Positions 39,749 through 48,382 of a DNA stretch of 64,000 nucleotides are shown piece by piece. The stretch is taken from NCBI GenBank assembly GCA_963768295.1, contig CAVYHN010000016.1, forward strand, positions 15,803 to 79,802. Direction: 5' to 3'. A model generated the notes under the pieces. It saw only the letters and a program-made list of their open reading frames with translations. It made no database searches and had not been told where the DNA came from. Position 1 is the stretch's first letter, and the number at the start of each line of letters is the position of its first letter. Source of the DNA: an uncultured Gammaproteobacteria bacterium. Its GTDB lineage: Bacteria > Pseudomonadota > Gammaproteobacteria > GCA-001735895. The position numbers were made by a program, and so were the translations under genes.

Positions 39749-41569
39749 ATGCTGAAAAGAATCCTGCTTCCTACCATTCTCCTGCTGCTGGCATATGGTT
39801 TCTGGGTAAGTTCCGATTTTAAGACCATCGCCGCGGGTATATCCCTGTTTCTGTTCGGCATGCTTTCACTGGAGGAGGGATTTCAGGCCTTTACCGGCGG
39901 CACGCTCGAGCGACTGCTGCGACGCACCACATCTTCCACCGGAAAGAGTTTGCTGTTCGGGGTCTTCAGTACCACGCTGATGCAGTCCAGCTCGCTGGTG
40001 TCGGTTATTACGATCTCCTTTCTCAGTGCCGGTCTGATCACGCTGACTGCCGGTATCGGTATTATCTTTGGGGCCAACCTGGGAACCACCACGGGCGCCT
40101 GGCTAATCGCCGGTTTCGGTCTCAAGGTCAATATCGCCGCCTACGCGATGCCGATGCTGGTATTCGGCGTGATTCTGATATTTCAGTCCTCGAGGTCACT
40201 CAAGGGCATCGGCTACATCCTGGCTGGCCTTGGTTTTCTGTTCCTTGGCATTCACTATATGAAGGAAGGCTTCGAGTCCTACAAGGACACAATCAATCTG
40301 GCCGAGTATGCGGTTGCGGGTTATCCAGGCGTGCTACTGTTCACCACCCTCGGTATCTTTGCCACCGTCGTCATGCAATCGAGCCATGCGACCCTGGTAC
40401 TGACGATTACAGCTCTCGCCGCCGGTCAGATTACCTATGAGAACGCCCTGGCGTTGGCAATTGGAGCCAACGTCGGTACTACCATAACCGCGATTCTGGG
40501 AGCCATGAGCGCCAATGAAGCCGGCAAACGCCTGGCCGCTGCGCACCTTGTCTTCAACATGGTGACCGGCGCGATTGCGATTATTTTTATCTACCAACTG
40601 GTTGCGCTGGTCAATGGAATGTCGGCCCTGGTAGGGATTGCCGACGATGACTACACGCTGAAACTCGCCGTGTTCCACTCGGTGTTCAATGTTATTGGCA
40701 TTGTCGTAATGCTGCCGCTAATCAATCGGCTGGTTGTTGCGCTGGAGAAATATATTCCGGAGAAGCGACCCGAAGTGGACCAGCCCAAATACCTGTCTGA
40801 TTCGTCAGCGGCGTTTCCGGGTACCGCGGTAGAGGCGGTTCGCCTGGAGACCTTGCGAGTTTACGAGGCGGCGCTGCGCATCATCATCGACGGGCTCGGG
40901 ATGAAGGCCGCGGACGTGCTATCTAGCAACAACCTGGAGCAGGTTCTCCAGGCACAAAACCGAATCCATCAATTCGATATCGACGCGATGTACGAGAGAC
41001 ACATCAAGGGCATATACAGCGCTATCGTCGTTTTCATCAGCGACACGACTTTTTCGCGCCGGGAAGAGCAATCAGCTGACCTGCGGTGGCTGCGAGACGC
41101 CAACATTCACCTGGTGGAAGCGGTCAAAGATACCGCTCAATTGCAGGAGAACCTGATTTTCTATACCGGGTCGGAAAACCCGGAAATGCGGGCTGCCTAT
41201 AACAGGATTCGAATGCAGGTAGGATTGATAATCCGCGACCTCGAAGAGATGCGCGCATCCACTGCCGGCGTGATCGATGTATTGTCGCTGGACGCCCTCA
41301 AGCTGTTGGTCGAAGAGGACCAGAATCGCATTAATCAGACCCTGACTGAACTGATCGGCAAGCGCGCCATCAGCCCGGCAATGGGATCATCATTGATTAA
41401 TGACAGCGTATTTGCCCACGACATTTGCATGAATTTGATCAGTGCCGCACAGAACCTGTTTGTTACCGGCGAGCAACACCTGACACAGGCAGCACACGAT
41501 GTCGTACTCGACAAAAGCGATCTTAGCAAAATTGGAACACAGGCCAGTGCGGAAAGCCTGCACAGGTAA
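39749..41569 (+). CDS. Na/Pi cotransporter family protein (NptA/YjbB-like, with C-terminal PhoU-like domain)
   Basis: Duplicated Na_Pi_cotrans motifs (GANLGTTTGAWL; GANVGTTITAIL), ~8 TM, C-terminal cytoplasmic helical domain; 606 aa. Confidence 0.8.
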   Translation: MLKRILLPTILLLLAYGFWVSSDFKTIAAGISLFLFGMLSLEEGFQAFTGGTLERLLRRTTSSTGKSLLFGVFSTTLMQSSSLVSVITISFLSAGLITLTAGIGIIFGANLGTTTGAWLIAGFGLKVNIAAYAMPMLVFGVILIFQSSRSLKGIGYILAGLGFLFLGIHYMKEGFESYKDTINLAEYAVAGYPGVLLFTTLGIFATVVMQSSHATLVLTITALAAGQITYENALALAIGANVGTTITAILGAMSANEAGKRLAAAHLVFNMVTGAIAIIFIYQLVALVNGMSALVGIADDDYTLKLAVFHSVFNVIGIVVMLPLINRLVVALEKYIPEKRPEVDQPKYLSDSSAAFPGTAVEAVRLETLRVYEAALRIIIDGLGMKAADVLSSNNLEQVLQAQNRIHQFDIDAMYERHIKGIYSAIVVFISDTTFSRREEQSADLRWLRDANIHLVEAVKDTAQLQENLIFYTGSENPEMRAAYNRIRMQVGLIIRDLEEMRASTAGVIDVLSLDALKLLVEEDQNRINQTLTELIGKRAISPAMGSSLINDSVFAHDICMNLISAAQNLFVTGEQHLTQAAHDVVLDKSDLSKIGTQASAESLHR

Positions 41570-41587
41570 CCCCGGAATGGAGAAGTT

Positions 41588-41839
41588 TTGATGAAGAGAA
41601 AAAAACTGCTGAAGACCCTGTCCAGGCTGCTCGATATGAAAGGGCGCAAGCAGCGCGAGCACCGAGACGAATTAAAAGTGTTGCTTAGAAAGCTCAAGAA
41701 AAAGAAAGTTGAACTGGAAGAAAAAATGCGACTGGAGCAAGACAAACGCAAGCGTGATCGCCTGGACAAGGAACTCGAAATTATAAATGCGCAACGCATT
41801 AAAGGCTTGAAAACGCTGGGGGAGCTAATGCAGGATTAG
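41588..41839 (+). CDS. small highly charged coiled-coil protein of unknown function
   Basis: 83 aa, ~45% K/R/E/D (KRKKLLKTLSRLLDMKGRKQREHRDELKVLLRKLKKKKVELEEKMRLEQDKRKRDRLDKELE). It starts 18 nt after the transporter stop and is preceded by GGAATGGAGAAG (RBS-like). Confidence 0.4.
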   Translation: MMKRKKLLKTLSRLLDMKGRKQREHRDELKVLLRKLKKKKVELEEKMRLEQDKRKRDRLDKELEIINAQRIKGLKTLGELMQD

Positions 41840-42039
41840 CCGCGGCTGCGCGGGCCGACCCCATGCTTGCGTCGCGCCGTGGGTTCACTTGGGCGGCAGG
41901 CTCTTCTGTTTGCCTGAGGCCCGTTTCTGGCCCCTCTGCGGAGCGCCGGATCGGCACATCCCCGTGTTTCGCGGCACCGGCACATCCCTGTGCATTGCGC
42001 CATCCAAAGAAAGAGCCCTCTTTAGGGGACGTTTTTTCC

Positions 42040-42385
42040 TACTGTCATACCGCGGCTTGACCCGATGCGTCGGACCGGCGATATCCAGCGACATTAAAAA
42101 TATTTTAGCCTGATGAAGGCACTGGATCCCGTGGTCGAGCCCACTACTGTCCGGTTTAGAAATTGTTGAGGCGATAAGAGCCTCGTAGTATCGGGTCTTT
42201 CGCATTTTTTGCATATAGGGACTGTGAAATTTTACTCTCCAAACTTGTCATACCGCGGCTTGACCGCGGTATCCAGAAATCCAATGGAATCAAGCTCTGG
42301 ACCCCGCGGTCAAGCCGCGGGGTGACAATTAATACAATAAACGGATGCTTAACCGGACAGTAGTGGGTCGGGCCGCGGGATGACA
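42040..42385. repeat. REP/MITE-like palindromic element cluster (copy C)
   Basis: TGTCATACCGCGGCTTGACCGCGGTATCCAG with inverted partner CTGGACCCCGCGGTCAAGCCGCGGGGTGACAA, a third half-site GGCCGCGGGATGACAG, and the shared ACTGTGAAATTTTACTCT motif. Confidence 0.7.
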
Positions 42386-42417
42386 GCAATACGATTTTTA
42401 CGCGCTTCAATATGGCC

Positions 42418-42486
42418 CCGCAGGGGTGCGGTACAGGAATGTGCTGCTTCGGCACGCCGCGCGCAATCTCTCCAAGGCGCGCGGCC
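42418..42486 (+). repeat. degenerate third copy of the tRNA-Arg-associated repeat end (att-like)
   Basis: CCGCAGGGGTGCGGTACAGGAATGTGCTGCTTCGGCACGCCGCGCGCAATCTCTCCAAGGCGCGCGGCC, compared with CCACAGGGGTGCGGCACAAGGATGTGCCGCACAATCTCTCCAGGCGCGCCA in the 191-bp units. Confidence 0.55.
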
Positions 42487-42629
42487 TAGTCGATTTTGAG
42501 ATATTGGGCCTGTACTTGAAATACTAGTCTGTTTCCTAAAACTCGGATGCTTTCTGTACCTATAACTCCTTGTTATCATATTGAACTTCCGAAATACTAT
42601 CTTTGGCTGTTATTGTTGGGGGCTCTGGT

Positions 42630-43343
42630 ATGCAAGTTAAATTACGAAACAGAATTTGGTGGTGCGCAATCCTGTCTTTCGCAGCGACCATCGTTGAAGC
42701 GGCCGAAATGCCGAATCGAATCGGCACAATTCTTCGCATCCAGGGTCAGGTCGTGGAACAACCGCAGGGTTTTGCAAGCCGGCCACTGTACCTCGGCGCT
42801 CCGGTTCATGCCCAGAGTAAAATCAAAACTGGACCGGATGCGCGGCTCGAAATCCGTTTCATAGACGGCTCGAAAATGATGTTGGGGGAGTGGGCCCATG
42901 TCAGTCTGAATATCAATATCAAGGATTACCGCCCCAGGCAACAGCAGTCGGCACAGACCGGTGAGTCTGCGCCCGAGGCACAAGAATCTAACTCGATGAC
43001 AGTCAATATCCTGTCCGGCACCTTCAGGTTCGTCACCGGTCTGATTGCCAAGATCAATAATCGGAGTGTGCGTTTCGGAACCCAGGTGGCAACGATCGGC
43101 ATTCGCGGCACTGATTTTTTTGGCGGCCCGTTGGCGGCCGGTATGCCGCCGGGCGAGATACATTATGGTTTCATGATCCTGGACGGCGCCATCGACATAA
43201 ATAATCGACACGGGAGAGTGACTTTGGACAGTCCCCAGGAAGGAACATTTCTGCCCATGAAAGGGCACAAGGCGCCAACCCCGCCAGCAACCTGGAAGCA
43301 ACCGGCAATCGACGAGGCTTTTGCCTCGATTGCGTTTAACTAG
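42630..43343 (+). CDS. FecR-domain periplasmic protein (standalone)
   Basis: Signal peptide MQVKLRNRIWWCAILSFAATIVEAA. FecR-like β-rich domain (RIGTILRIQGQVVEQ...ATIGIRGTDFFGG), similar to the FecR segment of the giant protein and to the 55542 paralogue. Confidence 0.6.
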   Translation: MQVKLRNRIWWCAILSFAATIVEAAEMPNRIGTILRIQGQVVEQPQGFASRPLYLGAPVHAQSKIKTGPDARLEIRFIDGSKMMLGEWAHVSLNINIKDYRPRQQQSAQTGESAPEAQESNSMTVNILSGTFRFVTGLIAKINNRSVRFGTQVATIGIRGTDFFGGPLAAGMPPGEIHYGFMILDGAIDINNRHGRVTLDSPQEGTFLPMKGHKAPTPPATWKQPAIDEAFASIAFN

Positions 43344-43424
43344 TCGGCAGCCCGTGAATGCGATCGAGGCGCCTTCCGTCTATGACCGCCGGGAAAATGC
43401 GCGTGTATCCCGAGACCCTGGTTA

Positions 43425-44252
43425 TTACTGTTTCAATAGTGCCTCGGTTAAGGCTGACCGGGGATCGGCGAGTCCGTCGATAACATTAAAGTGGTGTTGC
43501 CCTGGCGTCAGATGAACCGAGGTCTTTACTCCGAACCCGGTCCAGATATTGGCCAGTAATTCTGATTGGCGCACAAATTCCGGGCGCTCGTCCGCGCCGA
43601 CCCAGCAAACAAGTTCGACGTTTTTGATGGGCTGGTTAAGGGCGGCACTCTCAGCCTCGGCTTCGGCTGCGTCCATGCGAAAATCGTCGTTCATTTGCGT
43701 CTTCAGCAGTGGGCGCAAATCGTGCAGACCCGAGATCGAAACGACGCGATCGATGCGCGCCCTGACATCTGCCGCCAGCGGGCTGTCCCGGCAAATCATG
43801 CGGGTTACCAGGTGACCGCCGGCGGAATGTCCTGTCAGCCTGACCGGGCCGCTGATCATCGCCGCCGCTTTGCTGATAGCCGCCCCGGTCTGACGCGTGA
43901 TTTCGCTGATTGAAACTGTCGGCGCCAGGTCATAGGAGGGCAGCGCCACCGCCCAGCCTCGTTGCACCGCGCCGTTTGCCAGATGCGACCAGACGGATTT
44001 GTCGAACGCCCGCCAATAGCCGCCATGGATAAAGACCACCAACCCGCGGGGCTGATCTTGCGGGCGAAACAGATCGAGTGTTTGGCGCGCGCTGTCGCCG
44101 TAAGCGATATCGATTTCGGCCAGACGTTTTGCAGCCATGGCTTGACGAAACTCGAGCGCTGCCCGGGCCCACCTGGACGAAAAATCATCCGCGCCTTCGA
44201 TATAGGCGCCGTTGGCGTAGGCGTCGTTCCAGTCCTCGATTTTTACGCTCAT
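43425..44252 (-). CDS. α/β-hydrolase, AFMID-type kynurenine formamidase candidate
   Basis: HGGYW oxyanion-hole motif and GHSAGGHL nucleophile elbow, as in eukaryotic-type arylformamidase. Divergent from kynureninase, 67 nt away. Confidence 0.55.
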   Translation of the reverse strand: MSVKIEDWNDAYANGAYIEGADDFSSRWARAALEFRQAMAAKRLAEIDIAYGDSARQTLDLFRPQDQPRGLVVFIHGGYWRAFDKSVWSHLANGAVQRGWAVALPSYDLAPTVSISEITRQTGAAISKAAAMISGPVRLTGHSAGGHLVTRMICRDSPLAADVRARIDRVVSISGLHDLRPLLKTQMNDDFRMDAAEAEAESAALNQPIKNVELVCWVGADERPEFVRQSELLANIWTGFGVKTSVHLTPGQHHFNVIDGLADPRSALTEALLKQ

Positions 44253-44319
44253 CGATTGTTGTCTTTGGTAAGATTGTTAGGGTAGCCTTATACCCTGTAA
44301 TCCCCAGGAATGCATCACC

Positions 44320-45513
44320 GTGACAGACTTCGCCAATACCAAATCGCTGTTCCATTTGCCACCGGACCTGGTTTACCTGGATGGCAACTCGCTCGGGCCA
44401 TTGCCGAAAGCCGCCGTCGCCAGGGTCGGCAGGACGATGCAGGAGGAGTGGGGTGACATGCTGATTACCGCCTGGAACCAGGCGGACTGGATGAACCAGC
44501 CGTCGCGGGTCGGCGATCGCGTGGGCCGGCTGATCGGCGCTCCAGCTGGTAGCGTGGTGATGGGCGACACGCTGTCAATAAAAGTCTACCAGGCGCTGGC
44601 CTCTGCGCTCGAGATCAACGCCGGTCGCAGCATTATCCTGTCTGATAGCGGCAATTTCCCGACCGATCTCTACATGGCGGAGGGGCTCATCAAGTCGCTC
44701 GACAAAGGGCACGAGCTCAAACTGGTCGAGCCGGAAGAAGTCGAAAGCTTGCTGAGCCAGGATGTCGCGGTTTTGATGCTGACCGAAGTCGACTACCGGA
44801 GCGGTCGCCTGCACGATATGAAATCGCTGACCGCTAAGGCTCATGAAATGGGTATCCTGACGATCTGGGACCTGGCCCATTCTGCCGGAGCTTTACCGGT
44901 GGACGTCGGCGGCACTGACGTCGATTTTGCCATTGGCTGCTCTTATAAATACCTCAATTCTGGCCCGGGCGGTCCGGCCTTTATCTACGTCGCGCCCCGG
45001 CTGGCCGACCAGGTGCAGCCCGCGCTGTGCGGCTGGCTCGGCCACGAAGCGCCGTTCGCTTTCGATCTCGACTACCGGCCCGGCGCGGGCATCGAGCGCA
45101 TGCGCGTCGGCACGCCGCCCATTCTGCAACTGACCGCGCTGGAAGCCTCGCTGGATATCTGGGACCTGGTCGATATGAACGACCTGCGCGTACGGTCTAT
45201 CGAATTATCCGATCTTTTCATCGAACTCGTCGAAGCCAGTTGTCCCGATCTCGAACTGGCCAGTCCGCGTAACGCCAGCCGACGCGGCAGCCAGGTCTCG
45301 TTTCGTTTCGAGCATGGCTATGCCGCGATGCGGGCGTTGATCGAGCGGGGGCTTATCGGCGATTTTCGCGCGCCCGACGTCATGCGTTTCGGATTCACCC
45401 CGCTCTATATCGATGCCGAGGACGTACGCAAGGCCGCCGCGATCATCGAGGACGTAATGGCCAACCGGCTGTGGGACAGTGCCGAATACTTTGTGCAGTC
45501 GACGGTGACTTGA
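44320..45513 (+). CDS. kynU: kynureninase
   Basis: PLP-dependent class V fold. The N-terminus LPPDLVYLDGNSLGPLPKAA...DMLITAWNQADWMNQP is typical of KynU; 397 aa. Confidence 0.8.
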   Translation: MTDFANTKSLFHLPPDLVYLDGNSLGPLPKAAVARVGRTMQEEWGDMLITAWNQADWMNQPSRVGDRVGRLIGAPAGSVVMGDTLSIKVYQALASALEINAGRSIILSDSGNFPTDLYMAEGLIKSLDKGHELKLVEPEEVESLLSQDVAVLMLTEVDYRSGRLHDMKSLTAKAHEMGILTIWDLAHSAGALPVDVGGTDVDFAIGCSYKYLNSGPGGPAFIYVAPRLADQVQPALCGWLGHEAPFAFDLDYRPGAGIERMRVGTPPILQLTALEASLDIWDLVDMNDLRVRSIELSDLFIELVEASCPDLELASPRNASRRGSQVSFRFEHGYAAMRALIERGLIGDFRAPDVMRFGFTPLYIDAEDVRKAAAIIEDVMANRLWDSAEYFVQSTVT

Positions 45514-45873
45514 TCTCACGAGTAGCGAATTCTTCAGAACTCTAGACAACAGTGACTTTCGAAGCGTGAAACTCTTTTGGAATGTGAGCATTGGATCGCC
45601 ATAAGTTTATAATAATCAATAATTAATAAGATTAATTTAATGTGTTTTCTCAAATAATATAATTGTATTTTTATTTTTCAATGACGCGTTGATGTCTCCA
45701 TGCAGTATTTCATAAATAAATCCTGGAAAATGATTCGATACCTTCCTGTTCGATTCTCTGGTTGATTTTTATTGCACTACATAATGTATACATTAAGGTG
45801 GGGATAGTGCGAATAAGTCAGTTTTCAGTAGATTTAAGTGACAACTAAGCGAGATCAAATGGCAGGTCAACAG

Positions 45874-46953
45874 ATGCAGGTTGCATTAATCAAGGGTGAC
45901 GGGATCGGTATCGATGTGGCCGACGCCGCGCTTGAGCTGGTCGATGCAGCCCTGGGAAAAACTTCCGCTACTCGCCTTTATTACCAGGAAATACTCGCTG
46001 GTGCCGGTTATTTTCGTGAAACCGGCCGCGATATCGAAGAGCGGGGCGAGGAGGCCGCGGGCCGCGCGGACGCCATCTTCCTGGGCGCGATCGGTTTGCC
46101 CGCAGTCAGGCACCCGGATGGCACCGAGATTTCGCCGCACCTGCGCCTGCGCGATCGCTACCAGCTGTATGCCGGGGTGCGGCCGGTCAGGGCTTATCCC
46201 AATGCGCCGCAGCGCCTGGCGGACCCTCGCGCCCGCGATATCGACCTGGTCATCCTGCGTGAATCCACCGAGGGGCTGTTTTACTCGGCCGCGGTGCATG
46301 GTCGCAGCGAGGTGATCGATGACAGCGAAGTGCGCGATGTCCTCAGAATCACGCGCGCCACCACCGAGAAACTGCATCGCTTCGGTTTCGAGCTGGCGCG
46401 CAAACGCAAGCAGCGCGGCAGCCGGGGCATACTGACCTGCGTCGACAAGGCCAATGTGTTTACCTCGATGGCCTTTTTCCGCAAGATTTACGCTGAAATT
46501 GCGCCGGAATTCCCGGATATCCAGACCGATTACAACTACGTCGACGCGCAGGCGCTGGATTTTATTCGGCGTCCCTGGGATTTCGACGTACTGGTCACCG
46601 AAAATATGTTCGGTGATATTCTGTCTGACCTCGCCGGCGGGCTGGTGGGCGGCATGGGCATGGCCGCCTGCGCCGAAATTGGCGACGAGACCGGGCTGTT
46701 TCAGCCCGCCCACGGCAGCGCGCCCGATATCATGGGCCAGGACAAGGCCAACCCGTTGGCGGCGATACTGAGTGGGGCGCTGATGCTGGATTATCTGGCC
46801 GACAAGGCGGATGATCCGAGTCTTGCCGATGCCGCGAATTTAATCGAAGGCGCGGTTGAACGCGGATTCGTCGAAAACCGCTTGCGCCCGGTCGAGTTTG
46901 GCGGCGACATGGGCACCCGCGCGATAACTAACGAATTGTGCGGCCTGTTATGA
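45874..46953 (+). CDS. isopropylmalate/isocitrate/tartrate dehydrogenase family (β-decarboxylating dehydrogenase)
   Basis: MQVALIKGDGIGIDV is a canonical N-terminus for this family; substrate-binding region LRLRDRYQLYAGVRP; NAD and metal motifs. The listed ORF begins at a GTG at 45838; ATG 45859 and ATG 45874 are alternatives. Confidence 0.75.
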   Translation: MQVALIKGDGIGIDVADAALELVDAALGKTSATRLYYQEILAGAGYFRETGRDIEERGEEAAGRADAIFLGAIGLPAVRHPDGTEISPHLRLRDRYQLYAGVRPVRAYPNAPQRLADPRARDIDLVILRESTEGLFYSAAVHGRSEVIDDSEVRDVLRITRATTEKLHRFGFELARKRKQRGSRGILTCVDKANVFTSMAFFRKIYAEIAPEFPDIQTDYNYVDAQALDFIRRPWDFDVLVTENMFGDILSDLAGGLVGGMGMAACAEIGDETGLFQPAHGSAPDIMGQDKANPLAAILSGALMLDYLADKADDPSLADAANLIEGAVERGFVENRLRPVEFGGDMGTRAITNELCGLL

Positions 46954-47006
46954 GCGAATCCTTGATTGCCCAGCCCTGAAAACCTGACAGTCACTGGAGG
47001 TAAGGC

Positions 47007-47291
47007 ATGTACGTTGTCATCGTTGAATTTACCACTTACGCGCAACATGCCGCGGCTTTCCGCCAGCGCGTGATCCGCCAGGCCAGCGACTCGCTCGAAC
47101 TCGAACCGGATTGTCATGTGTTCGATGTCTGCAACGACCCCGAGAGGGATAATTTCGTGCTGCTATACGAGGTTTACACCGATCGCAGCGCCTTCGATGC
47201 GCATCTTGCCTCGCCCCATTTTCTCGATTTCAACGCTACGGTACAGGCCTGGGTCAGCGACAAAAAGATATCTACCTTCGAGCGCCTGTGA
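47007..47291 (+). CDS. antibiotic biosynthesis monooxygenase (ABM) domain protein
   Basis: 94 aa. MYVVIVEFTTYAQHAAAFRQRV...FVLLYEVYTDRSAFDAHLASPHF is the ferredoxin-like ABM fold signature. Confidence 0.65.
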   Translation: MYVVIVEFTTYAQHAAAFRQRVIRQASDSLELEPDCHVFDVCNDPERDNFVLLYEVYTDRSAFDAHLASPHFLDFNATVQAWVSDKKISTFERL

Positions 47292-47455
47292 AGGGACCTC
47301 GGCTGCCCTTCGCTGATCCGATAACGCAAAAATCCGGACGCTGGGCTAACCAGGAGCGGCCTCGATTTTACTGATCCGGTAAGCCTCTTAACAGTCTGAT
47401 TCTGGACACCCGTTAGCGTCAACGATTCGACGCTATACAGCGAAATTTCTCTGCT

Positions 47456-48370
47456 ATGCTCAGTAGCATTATGCAAAACGCTGAACTGAATATGGACCAG
47501 CCCGTGACGCTGGAGCAACTCATCGGCAAGGGCCAGGACCTGCCCAGCCTGCCTGAAATCTACCTGCGCGTCTCGCAACAGCTCGAAGACGAAAACACCA
47601 GCGTGCAGCAGATCGGCGACACGGTGCAAAACGACCCGGCGATAACCACGCGCGTTCTGAAAATGGTCAACAGCGCCTATTATGGTCTGCCCAACCAGGT
47701 CGCTTCGGTCGCCCAGGCGGTCTCGCTGATGGGTCGTGAGCGGCTTAAACATATCCTGATCGGTTCGGTGCTGCGGGGTGTTTTCAGCGGTCACGATAAT
47801 CCCGCTTTTTCGATGCAGGCGTTCTGGCAGCATAGTATCAAGACCGCGATCATCGCGCGTCAACTGGGGCGACAGATCAGCCAGATCGAAGAAGCCGAAG
47901 CCATGTTTACCGCCGGATTGTTGCACGATATCGGCAAGTTGCTGTTAATCAAGAAATTTCCCGAGCGCATGCTGGCGGCCGAGGAATATATGATCCTGAA
48001 ACGGGTTGATATACTGAGCGCCGAGCTCAACCAGGTCGGTCTGACTCACACTGCCGTCGGCGAAGCCCTGATGCATCACTGGGGCTTGCCGCAAATGCTG
48101 ATCGATTGCGCCAGCAGCCACCACGAGGCTGTGCACGACGGGCCGAATCGATTCGCTACCCACCTGATCTATCTGGCCAATAAGCTGAGCGAATACGTGC
48201 CGCCGCTGGATGACGAGGAAACCCAGAATATTCTCGACGATATCGAGAACTGGGATCAGGGTCAGCTCAGTCTGGAGCAGATAGCGAGCGCCTGCCAGAA
48301 CGCCGACGAAATGGTGTTCGAAGTCATGGAATCACTCGGCATGGTGGCAATCGAAATCAGCAGCGACTGA
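47456..48370 (+). CDS. HDOD domain signal-transduction protein
   Basis: LPSLPEIYLRVSQQLEDENTSVQQIGDTVQNDPAITTRVLKMVNSAYYGLPNQVASVAQAVSLMG, with a degenerate HD region; 304 aa, no output domain. Confidence 0.75.
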   Translation: MLSSIMQNAELNMDQPVTLEQLIGKGQDLPSLPEIYLRVSQQLEDENTSVQQIGDTVQNDPAITTRVLKMVNSAYYGLPNQVASVAQAVSLMGRERLKHILIGSVLRGVFSGHDNPAFSMQAFWQHSIKTAIIARQLGRQISQIEEAEAMFTAGLLHDIGKLLLIKKFPERMLAAEEYMILKRVDILSAELNQVGLTHTAVGEALMHHWGLPQMLIDCASSHHEAVHDGPNRFATHLIYLANKLSEYVPPLDDEETQNILDDIENWDQGQLSLEQIASACQNADEMVFEVMESLGMVAIEISSD

Positions 48371-48382
48371 TCGCGCTGAGGA

